From NCBI GenBank assembly GCA_041303415.1, contig JBFYPG010000100.1:3825-67824 (forward strand): a DNA stretch of 64,000 nucleotides, read 5' to 3'. The notes below the pieces were generated by a model that made no database searches, was not told the origin of the DNA, and saw only the letters and a program-made list of their open reading frames with translations. The stretch comes from Bacteroidales bacterium (GTDB lineage: Bacteria; Bacteroidota; Bacteroidia; Bacteroidales; VadinHA17). Both the position numbers and the translations under genes were made by a program. Shown here one piece after another: positions 10,758 through 19,609 of this stretch (its first letter is position 1; the number at the start of each line of letters is the position of its first letter).

Positions 10758-12209
10758 TCAGCTCCACAACCGGTCGTGCGAACGCCTGTCGTCCCACTCG
10801 GGTGTAGGTTCGAAATAACCTTTGGCCCTGGGATGCAGGTGCTTCCTTACTTCTTCTTCGTTCAGTTCGATGCCCAGACCAGGAGAATCGAGCGGCACAT
10901 TGGCGAACCCATTTGTTACCATTGGCTGGCTTCCTGTCATCCTTACAAGGTTTTCCCACCATGGGGTGTCAACACTGTGGTGTTCGAGAGCCAGAAAATT
11001 CTGTGTTGCTGCAGAACAATGTACATTGGCCATAAAGCATACGGGTGTCCCTGCCATGTGCATTGCCATTGCAACTCCGCACTCCTCGGCATAGTCGCCA
11101 ATCCTCTTTGTTTCAAGCAATCCTCCTGATGTTGCCAGGTCGGGGTGGATTATATCAACTGCACGGGCATCAAGAAGAGGCTTGAATCCGTCTTTAAGCA
11201 TGTAAATATCCTCCCCCGTACAGGTAGGCGTTTCGATCGCATCCGATACTGTTTTCCACTGATCGGTATAAAACCAGGGAACCATATCTTCCAGCCATGC
11301 AAGCCTGTACTTTTCCATCGCTCTTCCAAATCGTATGGAATTGTTAATATCAAAATGACCGAAGTGGTCAGCGGCGAGGGGCATCTCATATCCCACAGCA
11401 TTACGAACCTGTTCCACATATTCGGCCATTCCCTCGAGCCCCTTATCGGTGATCTGCACCTGGGTAAAAGGATGAAGGGTGTTTCCGTAGCCCATGTATG
11501 TCCTCAGGTCGTACTGGCCGGTCGCCCCATCCCAGAATTTTGAATTTACTATTGTATCCGGCTGATTTGCAACTACATGAATACCGAGATCCATCTTGAG
11601 CCATGTAAATCCCTGTTCCTCAACGCGCCGCTTCATGGTTTGCGCAAATGTGACAGGGTCCTTTGCCCCGGGGGTATCGGCATACAGGCGGATCTTATCC
11701 CTGTACCTGCCGCCCAGGAGCTGCCAGGCCGGAACACCATAGGCTTTTCCGCAAAGATCCCAGAGGGCCATCTCAACTGCGCATACTCCTCCTCCTTGCC
11801 TTCCGTGGTAACCCCACTGCCTGATTATCTTGAATATCATTTCAACATTGCAGGGATTCAGTCCCAGAATCCTGCTTTTAAGCATGAGCGCGTACCTCTC
11901 GTCTGCGCCGTCCCTCACTTCACCAAGCCCGGAGATTCCCTGATTAGTATCTATCCTTATAATTGCCGTTCGTCCAACATTCCCGACCACGGCGACACGC
12001 ATGTCGGTGATCTTGAGGTCGGAGGGGCTTGAAGCCCTGCTCACTCCGGAAGTTGTCTGAGCGATCATGTCCTCAAACGAAAGTGCCATGAGCCCTCCAA
12101 GAGCCACTCCTCCCATAGCCGTTTTTTTCAGGAAGCTGCGCCTATTGCTATTCTTACCCTGTTCCGACTGACTTTCCTGCTTCCTTATTTCTTCAATGAT
12201 TTTTTTCAT
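10758..12209 (-). CDS. Enolase-superfamily (mandelate racemase/acid-sugar dehydratase-like) enzyme with twin-arginine signal
   Basis: Trimmed to ATG at 12209 (MKKIIEE..). TAT motif SNRRSFLKK plus an h-region. MR/MLE-like core (AVEMALWDLCGKAYGVPAWQLLGG, KMDLG, LEDM). The track N-terminus (GVRRQAS x5) reads through a heptamer DNA repeat. Confidence 0.8.
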   Translation of the reverse strand: MKKIIEEIRKQESQSEQGKNSNRRSFLKKTAMGGVALGGLMALSFEDMIAQTTSGVSRASSPSDLKITDMRVAVVGNVGRTAIIRIDTNQGISGLGEVRDGADERYALMLKSRILGLNPCNVEMIFKIIRQWGYHGRQGGGVCAVEMALWDLCGKAYGVPAWQLLGGRYRDKIRLYADTPGAKDPVTFAQTMKRRVEEQGFTWLKMDLGIHVVANQPDTIVNSKFWDGATGQYDLRTYMGYGNTLHPFTQVQITDKGLEGMAEYVEQVRNAVGYEMPLAADHFGHFDINNSIRFGRAMEKYRLAWLEDMVPWFYTDQWKTVSDAIETPTCTGEDIYMLKDGFKPLLDARAVDIIHPDLATSGGLLETKRIGDYAEECGVAMAMHMAGTPVCFMANVHCSAATQNFLALEHHSVDTPWWENLVRMTGSQPMVTNGFANVPLDSPGLGIELNEEEVRKHLHPRAKGYFEPTPEWDDRRSHDRLWS

Positions 12210-12251
12210 ATGATTAAGTTTTAAATTTCCTTTCGGTTCAGATTTACAGGT

Positions 12252-12353
12252 CGCCTGACGCCTGACGCCTGACGCCTGACGCCTGACGCCTGACGCCTGA
12301 CGCCTGACGCCTGACGCCTGACGCCTGACGCCTGACGCCTGACGCCTGACGCC
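12252..12353. repeat. Tandem heptamer array (CGCCTGA) about 14.5 units
   Basis: Perfect 7-nt periodicity read directly. Lies between the RraA-like stop (12359) and the enolase-family ATG (12209). Confidence 0.95.
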
Positions 12354-12358
12354 GTTCA

Positions 12359-13291
12359 TTACCAATTTCTTTCCTTAAAATAGTTATCCAGCTCCTGCTT
12401 TGACATTGGAAGCTTACCCGGGTAATTGCTGAGCCAGTTCATGAAATCCTTCCTGATCTCATCGCTCCACTGGCTGTCGATCTGGCCGGGCTTGTATGTT
12501 CCTTCACGAAGCCTCTGGTGCCCGAACTGGTCACGCAGTGCAGTTACCTCGGAAGTTATCACAAGCTCTTCAACAAGGTGAGAGGGTATGAATATCACGC
12601 CGTATTTTTTTGCCAGCACTACATCGCCGGGCAGAACTGTTGCGCGGCCTATGCGTACCGGAGCATTTATTGAAACGAGCGACATCTGCATGATGTACGA
12701 TGGATCAGAGCCCTTGATCCATCCGTTGAAGCCTTCTATCTCACTCAATCCCTCAACATCCCTTACTGAGCCGTAGAAAATTACTCCCCGTTTCGACTTC
12801 GAATAGATTGAATTGCCAAGATTGTCACCTATGAGAGTTCCGTCTATTATCTTGCCATAGCTGTCGGCAACATAAACATCGCCTTCCACAAGCACATCTA
12901 TGGGCCAGGAGTTTGTGCCTCCCTGCTGTGCCCGGTTTTCAGCTTTCCCCTTTTCTTTTATATACTTCTCAAAGTCAGGTCTGAGAGGCATATACTGTGC
13001 GGTTACCACTCTTCCTGTCATTACTTCATCAGGATGAATGATGGTCCAGTCACCTTCGAACTGATTCATATAGCCTTTGTTGCGAAGTACTCCCCAGGCC
13101 TCCTCTATAGAGATGTTTTTTAATCGTTCCAGGATCGAATCCGGAACTTTTGGCCTGCCATCATCAAACCTTTCACCTTTCCATTCAGAAGTCAGCGCCC
13201 TGATACATTCAGGCGGAGATCCTACATTCTGTGCTCCTGCTGCATAAACAGCAGACAATAAAATCGTTATTAAAAGTGACTTTTTAATCAT
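12359..13291 (-). CDS. RraA-family protein (RraA / HMG-aldolase-like fold) with Sec signal peptide
   Basis: Signal MIKKSLLITILLSAVYAAGA-QN. Core motifs GDVYVAD.., GDNLGNS, RGVIFYGSVRDVEGL, VLPGDVVLAKKYGVIFIP match the RraA/dimethylmenaquinone-methyltransferase-like family. Confidence 0.7.
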   Translation of the reverse strand: MIKKSLLITILLSAVYAAGAQNVGSPPECIRALTSEWKGERFDDGRPKVPDSILERLKNISIEEAWGVLRNKGYMNQFEGDWTIIHPDEVMTGRVVTAQYMPLRPDFEKYIKEKGKAENRAQQGGTNSWPIDVLVEGDVYVADSYGKIIDGTLIGDNLGNSIYSKSKRGVIFYGSVRDVEGLSEIEGFNGWIKGSDPSYIMQMSLVSINAPVRIGRATVLPGDVVLAKKYGVIFIPSHLVEELVITSEVTALRDQFGHQRLREGTYKPGQIDSQWSDEIRKDFMNWLSNYPGKLPMSKQELDNYFKERNW

Positions 13292-13326
13292 AATATAGTT
13301 TTAAAATCCGCAATCCGCAATAACAA

Positions 13327-14325
13327 TTACGTTCCTGCGTATACCAGCAGTGCAAGTCCCGCGAGATAGGCAAGGAACATGGCTACTATCAATAAGTTAA
13401 CCTGTTTTGTTGCTCCTTTGAATTCTTTCCATATAAATACTCCCCACAGAGCGGCAATTAGAGTGGCACCCTGTCCAAGACCATAGGAGATAGCAAAGCC
13501 TGCTTTTTCCGAAGCGAGTATGCTCATTGCCATTCCGATATTCCAGATTATGCCCCCCAGTATTCCTGTCAGATGTACTTTTACACTTCCGTTTGTATAG
13601 TCTTTGAACGAGAGAGGCGCACCTTCAAAAGGCTTCTTCATAATGATATAGTTGAAGATCAGGTTGCTTAGCAGCACACCGATGGCAAAAAAGAAAACTG
13701 CGGAGTAGGGGGTAAGCTTGCCTGCTTCGGGTGACACAAAATCGGTTGCCATGGAGCTGGCCACGAACCGGTAGAAAAGAGCCATCAGGACTCCCGCCGA
13801 GACTGACAGCATTATTCCTTTCCCGGATACCTTCTGCTGTGATGAACTGTGCTTCTTGTAGGCTATAGCGTCAATGATTATCGCGACAACGATGAGTGCG
13901 AGGCCGGTGAACAGGATAGTGGGATTGCCTTTGGGCACGGCGATATAGTTAATAATCACACCGAGGGCCAGGGCAATGCCGACACCAACCGGAAAGGCAA
14001 CAGCCATGCCGGCTATGGACATGGCCGCCACAAGCAGGATATTTGAAGCATTGAAGATTACGCCCCCGAGCATTGAATTGAGAATGTTGCCGGTATCTGC
14101 CTGTGAAATATCTTCAATGAAGCTCCGTCCGCTCTCCCCTGTGCTGCCCATTGTGAAGCCGAGGGTCACTGCAAAAAGCAGGATGCCGATTACATAGTCC
14201 CAGTAGAAGAGCTCAAACCTCCATGATTTTCCTGCGAGCTTCTGGGTGTTGCCCCATGATCCCCAGCAGAGCATGGTGATTATGCAGAGAATGACGGCGA
14301 GTGAGTAGGTTTGCGGTATGAACAT
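13327..14325 (-). CDS. DMT-superfamily sugar permease (GRP/RhaT-like), paralogue of 291..1292
   Basis: 332 aa, colinear with 291..1292 ([41 protein letters not shown]); roughly half the positions are identical by eye. Confidence 0.6.
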   Translation of the reverse strand: MFIPQTYSLAVILCIITMLCWGSWGNTQKLAGKSWRFELFYWDYVIGILLFAVTLGFTMGSTGESGRSFIEDISQADTGNILNSMLGGVIFNASNILLVAAMSIAGMAVAFPVGVGIALALGVIINYIAVPKGNPTILFTGLALIVVAIIIDAIAYKKHSSSQQKVSGKGIMLSVSAGVLMALFYRFVASSMATDFVSPEAGKLTPYSAVFFFAIGVLLSNLIFNYIIMKKPFEGAPLSFKDYTNGSVKVHLTGILGGIIWNIGMAMSILASEKAGFAISYGLGQGATLIAALWGVFIWKEFKGATKQVNLLIVAMFLAYLAGLALLVYAGT

Positions 14326-14335
14326 AGTTTTTAAG

Positions 14336-14460
14336 TTTGGAGTACTTAGAGTTTGGAGTACTTAAAATTAAGAAGAAGTACTTAAAGTGACTAAAGTTTG
14401 AAGTACTTAAAGTTAAGAACAGACTATTTAACTCTAAGTACTTTAGGCACTCCAGGCACT
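14336..14460. repeat. Word repeats built around the AGTACT palindrome (5 copies)
   Basis: AGTACT occurs at 14341, 14357, 14377, 14402 and 14437, within TTTGGAGTACTTAGAG / GAAGTACTTAAAG words. The last copy is inverted (CTCTAAGTACTTT). Confidence 0.85.
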
Positions 14461-14465
14461 TTTAA

Positions 14466-16076
14466 TTATTCATAAGAAAACTTGAAATTATCACTTTTTT
14501 TCGGAGACGTTTTAAAAATTGTCGCTCCGGTTAAATAAACCTTTGTTCCTTCCGATTCGGGACGCTTTTCTCCCCGCACGACAACCCTGATCTTATGCTC
14601 TCCCTGCTGCAGTCCGGTAACATGCCATAGAGTCTCAACGTGCTGCTGGTTTGCAAAGTAATAGTAGGTGTCAATGGTGCGATGAAATTTGCCATCCACA
14701 AACAGATCGGCCTTTCCGCCATCCCTGAACCAGTTTCCGGTAAGTGCTATCCCGGTTCCGCTGAAAGCTATCTCGAGCTCATCACCTTTATTCTGTGCAA
14801 ACATGGATTGCTTTACAGGCTGACCACTGCGGTCGCTTGCCTCCTGAATTTTCCATTCCCCCCTGAAGGTCCATGAACCATCATCGAAAATAGAAACTCT
14901 TTTGTCAAAGACCAAGTCGGGGAATGAAACCTCAATCGGGGGTGCGACCGGGTCCTGCACTTTTACACTGATTGTTCTGCCGGCAGTTGTCCCGCCGTTT
15001 TCTGCTATCAGGTCAAGTGCATATTTATATGTGCTTTCAACAGCAGAATTGAAAGAGTAAGAAGTGTGGATGAAGACCGAGTCGCCTATATTCTTTATTC
15101 CTTCCTGCATTCCGGCAGGCAGACTGCTGAATCCGCTTATTACACCGAGCACAGCAAGGGCGTTCGACGGATTACAATCCGAATCCTGACCGCAGCGGGT
15201 TGATACTTCCAGGGTCTTCATTGGATCGCCTTCACCATAAAGCAGTCCCATTGCTATATAGGCTCCGTTAAGCTTTGCGTCAATGTTAAAAGGATCGCCG
15301 GCCCCGCAGATATCAACATCACCCCATTTGTTTTCAAGCTCCTTCCATGCAGCCCTCCAGTCATCAGGATAATGCCCGTGCAGCTTTATGACATCCTTTA
15401 TTATCCGGCAATAATCGCTTTCTGAGGGTATCGATTTCAATGCCTTTTCCAGAATAAGCGCTATATCTGATTCAAAGTAAGCCCCGGCATAAAGAGCTGC
15501 TACAAATACTCCTCCATAGACTCCGTCACCGTAATTCATTATATGCCCGATTCTGTCAGCAATCTTAAGCGCTGTTTGCGGCATCCCGGGGCACATGAAG
15601 CCGATATAGTCAGCTTCTATCTGGAAATCAATATCATCCGCATGGATATTGTACTCAGGACTCCCTGAAAGAGGCGCAAAAACAGAGTCGTAGTAATTCT
15701 TTCGGGCCTGCATATTTGCATGCCACAAAGGGTAACCGGCTTTAGCGAACAGCTCTTGGTATTTTTTCACAGGCGCATCAATTCCGTATTTGTCCATAGC
15801 CATCAGGAATGTAAGCTGGACATACAGGTCATCCTGCCATATACTTCCTTTAATGTCTTCCGGCTTCCATTTTATTGAATCCTCGTAAGTAGCTGCCCTG
15901 GCCCTGAATTCAGTGGGTCCCCCGTATGTGACGCCGATCATCTTGCCGGCCCATCCCCCGGCGATCTTGTCTTTAAGGACTTCGGGATCAATGGTTTTGA
16001 ATTCAGCCTCTTTGTTACTGCATGAGGTTAGGAGCAGTAATAAGATAAAGTTAACAAGTGAAGTAATAGTTTTCAT
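14466..16076 (-). CDS. Lipoprotein ADP-ribosylglycohydrolase-family protein with C-terminal beta-sandwich (CBM-like) domain
   Basis: Trimmed to ATG 16076 (MKTITSLVNFILLLLLTSC lipobox). ARH-family motifs GGWAGKMIGVTYGGPTEF and CGQDSDCNPSNALAVLG. The last ~190 aa are beta-rich (WTFRGEWK.., HKIRVVVRGEK). Confidence 0.75.
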   Translation of the reverse strand: MKTITSLVNFILLLLLTSCSNKEAEFKTIDPEVLKDKIAGGWAGKMIGVTYGGPTEFRARAATYEDSIKWKPEDIKGSIWQDDLYVQLTFLMAMDKYGIDAPVKKYQELFAKAGYPLWHANMQARKNYYDSVFAPLSGSPEYNIHADDIDFQIEADYIGFMCPGMPQTALKIADRIGHIMNYGDGVYGGVFVAALYAGAYFESDIALILEKALKSIPSESDYCRIIKDVIKLHGHYPDDWRAAWKELENKWGDVDICGAGDPFNIDAKLNGAYIAMGLLYGEGDPMKTLEVSTRCGQDSDCNPSNALAVLGVISGFSSLPAGMQEGIKNIGDSVFIHTSYSFNSAVESTYKYALDLIAENGGTTAGRTISVKVQDPVAPPIEVSFPDLVFDKRVSIFDDGSWTFRGEWKIQEASDRSGQPVKQSMFAQNKGDELEIAFSGTGIALTGNWFRDGGKADLFVDGKFHRTIDTYYYFANQQHVETLWHVTGLQQGEHKIRVVVRGEKRPESEGTKVYLTGATIFKTSPKKSDNFKFSYE

Positions 16077-16104
16077 AAAATTGTTTTTAATACTAAGAAC
16101 TTTA

Positions 16105-16217
16105 GTTACACAGAGTTTCACAGAGAAAGCACAGAGTTCCACAGAGCGTTAGATGGCTGTAACCCTCCGTGGATCTCTGTGTATCCTCCGTCCCGAGTAC
16201 TCGGGACTCTGTGTAAC
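16105..16217. repeat. Long imperfect palindromic element of the CAC-N-GAG word family
   Basis: Perfect 11-bp termini GTTACACAGAG / CTCTGTGTAAC. Internal CACAGAG x4 words and the hairpin GTCCCGAGTACTCGGGAC. Fills the gap between the nucleoside hydrolase stop and the ARH start. Confidence 0.9.
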
Positions 16218-17206
16218 TATTTTTTATTCATAGGTATATGCATCATTCTGTCTTCAATGAATTTTGCCATTTCAGGTACGGGCATTTTCTGAATTACATA
16301 GGTATGGTTTCCTTCAGGATCATCCACCCAGGTGTTGCTGCCATCCTCGTTGACTATTATCCTGCCTCTTTTCGTATCAAAGAATCCTTCAGCCCCATAT
16401 ACTCCGATAAGCACTGCAGTTTCATCCCAGCTCATGCGGCCATATTTGTCTTCTTCCGACATGGGAATACTCATACTGAATACATCTTTTACGGGGCTGT
16501 TGCTGACAGGAGATTCTATCAGCCTCAGTCCGGTCCTTATTTCCCATCCGATCTCAAATCCAGTGAATATTATTTCGCCCGGCCAGTTCTCGAATACAAA
16601 TTTTGAAGAAACAGAATCTATATAAATGTTGAACTCCTTTCCTTCCGGGAATTTGCCTGCCATTGATACAAGCAGCCTGACCTTTTCAGAAACCAGGTCT
16701 ATCCCATTTAGAGGGCTGTGATCGTCGGGTCCAGATTTAAGAAGGCCTGCCAGGTTTGTCAGAAATCCGACTGTGACAATTGTCACGCTTTTATCCGGCT
16801 GCGACATCAGGATCTCACGGTAAACATCAACAGCATCCCTGACCTCAGATGTGGAATTTACGTGGTGGGGGTACTTTGCCACCAGGGAATCGGGCCATTT
16901 CTGCCATGCACCCATATCAGCCCCGTAACCTATTGGTGCTCCAAGAGGAAGATCAGGTCGGCCAAAATATGTGTTTATGACATCTATAGAAGGTGCAACG
17001 AGCTTGTGCCTGTTTGACGAAACCGTAGTCAGTATTTCTGCCAGGCCGCTGTCGGCTGTTGCATGAAGAAAAGCAAGGGCTCCGACATCGTCATAATCAG
17101 GGCCGAGGTCAGTATCGAAAATGATATTCACCTTTTCATCGGCAGGGCCGGAGCAGCCTGTAAAAGAAAGTAGTGCCCCCATGCAGGCAATTATGACATA
17201 TTTCAT
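16217..17206 (-). CDS. Lipoprotein nucleoside hydrolase (inosine/uridine-preferring family)
   Basis: Signal and lipobox LLSFTGC. N-terminal IIFDTDLGPDYDDVGALAFL aspartate cluster typical of the IUNH family. Confidence 0.8.
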   Translation of the reverse strand: MKYVIIACMGALLSFTGCSGPADEKVNIIFDTDLGPDYDDVGALAFLHATADSGLAEILTTVSSNRHKLVAPSIDVINTYFGRPDLPLGAPIGYGADMGAWQKWPDSLVAKYPHHVNSTSEVRDAVDVYREILMSQPDKSVTIVTVGFLTNLAGLLKSGPDDHSPLNGIDLVSEKVRLLVSMAGKFPEGKEFNIYIDSVSSKFVFENWPGEIIFTGFEIGWEIRTGLRLIESPVSNSPVKDVFSMSIPMSEEDKYGRMSWDETAVLIGVYGAEGFFDTKRGRIIVNEDGSNTWVDDPEGNHTYVIQKMPVPEMAKFIEDRMMHIPMNKK

Positions 17207-17225
17207 AATATGATGCTTGAGTTGA

Positions 17226-18128
17226 TTATACTATAACCTCTTCCCTGTAAGGTGCGGAGCTCTGTGCTCCCATCCTCGTCACGCAAATGGATGCTGCCTT
17301 GTTTGCGAATATCACAGCTTCCCTTAGCTCTTTTCCTTCAGCGAATGAAACAGCAAGGGCAGCATTGAAAACATCCCCTGCGCCGGTGGTATCAATGGCT
17401 TTGACTTTTACACCCGGGAACATTTCGGTAAATTCCCCGGTTTTTACAAATGCCCCGGCCGCACTCATGGTGATAATCACATTCTTCACTCCTTTCTTCA
17501 GCAGGTAGGTTGCAGCAGCATCAGCTGTAGTTTCGTTGTGCACCTTGATGCCTGTCAGTATACTGGCTTCTGTTTCATCCGGTGTGATCAGCCACAGATG
17601 CTTAAGGAGATAATCGTGAAGCTTCTGCGCGGGAGCAGGATTCAGTATAACTTTAATTTTGTTTTCAGATGCCGTAATTGCGGCATATTCGACTGTCATG
17701 AGCGGGATCTCAAGCTGAAGCAGCATTACTCCATATTTGCCTGGAGTAAAGACCTCATTGTCAATATCCTGAACGAGAAGGTTGCCGTTCGATCCGGGCG
17801 CGACGACAATACTGTTCTCTCCTTCGGAGTCAACCGTAATAAGGGCAACACCTGACGGAAGTTCGGTATCTTTTACGATGTACCGCGTGTCAATACCCTC
17901 TTTCTTGAGTATGCCTGTAGTCTCGCTTCCAAACAAGTCATCGCCTATTTTTGCCACAAAAGTTATCTTCCCTCCGAGGCGTGCGGCTGCAACTGCCTGA
18001 TTTGCACCTTTGCCTCCGGGATTCATAAGGAATGTGCCTCCGAGGATCGTTTCTCCGGGTGAAGGGATTTTGTCAGTTTTAATTACCATATCGGTATTGG
18101 AACTGCCGATAACGAGGATCTTTTTCAT
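17226..18128 (-). CDS. rbsK: Ribokinase
   Basis: 300 aa PfkB fold: VIGSSNTDMV, GGKGANQAVAAARLGG, C-terminal DTTGAGDVFNAALA. First gene of the minus-strand array. Confidence 0.85.
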   Translation of the reverse strand: MKKILVIGSSNTDMVIKTDKIPSPGETILGGTFLMNPGGKGANQAVAAARLGGKITFVAKIGDDLFGSETTGILKKEGIDTRYIVKDTELPSGVALITVDSEGENSIVVAPGSNGNLLVQDIDNEVFTPGKYGVMLLQLEIPLMTVEYAAITASENKIKVILNPAPAQKLHDYLLKHLWLITPDETEASILTGIKVHNETTADAAATYLLKKGVKNVIITMSAAGAFVKTGEFTEMFPGVKVKAIDTTGAGDVFNAALAVSFAEGKELREAVIFANKAASICVTRMGAQSSAPYREEVIV

Positions 18129-18170
18129 AGGTCAGGAAATTATGCTGTTATATTGTACCGAATGTAATAC

Positions 18171-18178
18171 TATTTTTG
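18171..18178 (+). promoter_or_regulatory. Candidate -7 box (TATTTTTG) for the BASS-kdgK-GH88 operon
   Basis: Matches TAnnTTTG about 125 nt upstream of ATG 18303. The -33 element is weak. Confidence 0.35.
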
Positions 18179-18302
18179 CTCAATTAAAAAGATAATGATC
18201 CTGAAAAAAAGCATTTATTTTTAAAATTCCCGGGGTTTATGGGCAATATTGTCCAATTGTTTATCTTTAAAATGTAAAGTGCCGGATATATTTTACAAAA
18301 TA

Positions 18303-19601
18303 ATGCAAACAAAGTATTACAGGTATCTGCTATTTGTTACACTCGCTATTTTTGCCGGTGCCATATCCGCATTTCTTTTCAGGAAAACTGAGCTTGGCGG
18401 TATGATGATGATCGCGGGCTTCATCGCCCTTGCCTGGGGGGTAAGAGGCTATCCTGCGCTTAAAGGATTTTCATATACGCTATGGATATTTACTGCAGTT
18501 ACAGCTTCGATGTTCTTCCCGCAGTATTTCACATCAATAGGCAAATTCCAGCTTAAGAGCATGATAGTTCCCCTGCTTCAGGTAATCATGTTCGGGATGG
18601 GTTCCCAGATGAGCTTTGAGGATTTCAAGGGTGTGATCAAAATGCCAAAAGGTGTTCTGATTGGGATATTTTCACAGTTTACTATCATGCCGCTGGTCGG
18701 CTTAACGATCGCCCGGATGTTCAATTTTCCTCCTGAGATAGCGGCAGGGATCATCCTGATAGGATGCGTACCTAGCGGACTTGCATCCAATGTAATGTCA
18801 TTCCTTGCAAAGGCTAACCTTGCCCTGGCCGTAACCATCAGCGCAGTTACAACACTGCTCTCGCCATTCATAACACCGGTACTTATGAAATGGATCGGAG
18901 GCCAGTTCATAGAGGTAGATTTCTGGAGCATGATGCTTGATATCCTGAATATGATAATCCTTCCGATAATTGCCGGATTCATGTTCAATCTTTTTGCACG
19001 GAAAAGTGCCGGACGATCATCATTCATAATCCAGCTTATTGTTTATCCTGTGATAATCCTGATGACAACCCTTGTGTTTGCCAGGGCACGGAGTGCCGGA
19101 ACAGGCGAATTTTTTATCCAGTTCCTCAAGTCGCTTGCATGGTTCTATTTCCTTCCGATGGCCGGAGGGGTTTTAATGTCGCGAAACCTCAGGGGCAACA
19201 ACAGGATAATGGAAAGAGTGCTTTCATTTGTCTCAATGGCTGGTATTGCAGTGATAGTCACCATCATAACTGCTTCAGGCAGGGAGAGCCTGCTTCAGGT
19301 GGGGGCTCTGCTTATGGTGACCAGCCTGATTCATAACCTTTCCGGATATACACTCGGGTATACCATCTCCTGGCTCTTCGGGATGCCTGAAAGAGACCGG
19401 CGCACAATAGCGTTCGAAGTCGGCATGCAGAACGGTGGTCTCGCTTCCGGCCTTGCCTTGCAGATGGGGAAAATTGCAACCGTGGGTCTTGCTCCTGCGA
19501 TCTTTGGACCTCTCATGAACATTACAGGATCCGTACTCGCAAATTGGTGGAGAGGTCATGAACCAGCAACCAGCAACCAGCAACCAGCAACAAGTAACTG
19601 A
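18303..19601 (+). CDS. Bile acid:sodium symporter (BASS/SBF-like) family transporter
   Basis: Trimmed to the first ATG (18303). Polytopic, with GCVPSGLASNVMSFLAKANLALAVT and FEVGMQNGGLA motifs. The last 13 codons (EPATSNQQPATSN) are encoded by the AACCAGC heptamer array. Confidence 0.75.
   Translation: MQTKYYRYLLFVTLAIFAGAISAFLFRKTELGGMMMIAGFIALAWGVRGYPALKGFSYTLWIFTAVTASMFFPQYFTSIGKFQLKSMIVPLLQVIMFGMGSQMSFEDFKGVIKMPKGVLIGIFSQFTIMPLVGLTIARMFNFPPEIAAGIILIGCVPSGLASNVMSFLAKANLALAVTISAVTTLLSPFITPVLMKWIGGQFIEVDFWSMMLDILNMIILPIIAGFMFNLFARKSAGRSSFIIQLIVYPVIILMTTLVFARARSAGTGEFFIQFLKSLAWFYFLPMAGGVLMSRNLRGNNRIMERVLSFVSMAGIAVIVTIITASGRESLLQVGALLMVTSLIHNLSGYTLGYTISWLFGMPERDRRTIAFEVGMQNGGLASGLALQMGKIATVGLAPAIFGPLMNITGSVLANWWRGHEPATSNQQPATSN
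19561..19598 (+). repeat. Tandem heptamer array (AACCAGC)x4 plus AACAAGTAAC
   Basis: Read directly. It encodes the C-terminal tail of the BASS transporter and ends 11 nt before the kdgK ATG. Confidence 0.95.
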
Positions 19602-19609
19602 AATCAAAT

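Noticed and set aside
12210-12365. N-terminal (GVRRQAS)x5 peptide repeat in track ORF 10758..12365
   Set aside because: It is the translation of a 7-nt DNA repeat read in three phases. A good ATG at 12209 is followed immediately by a canonical TAT signal, so the repeat is intergenic.
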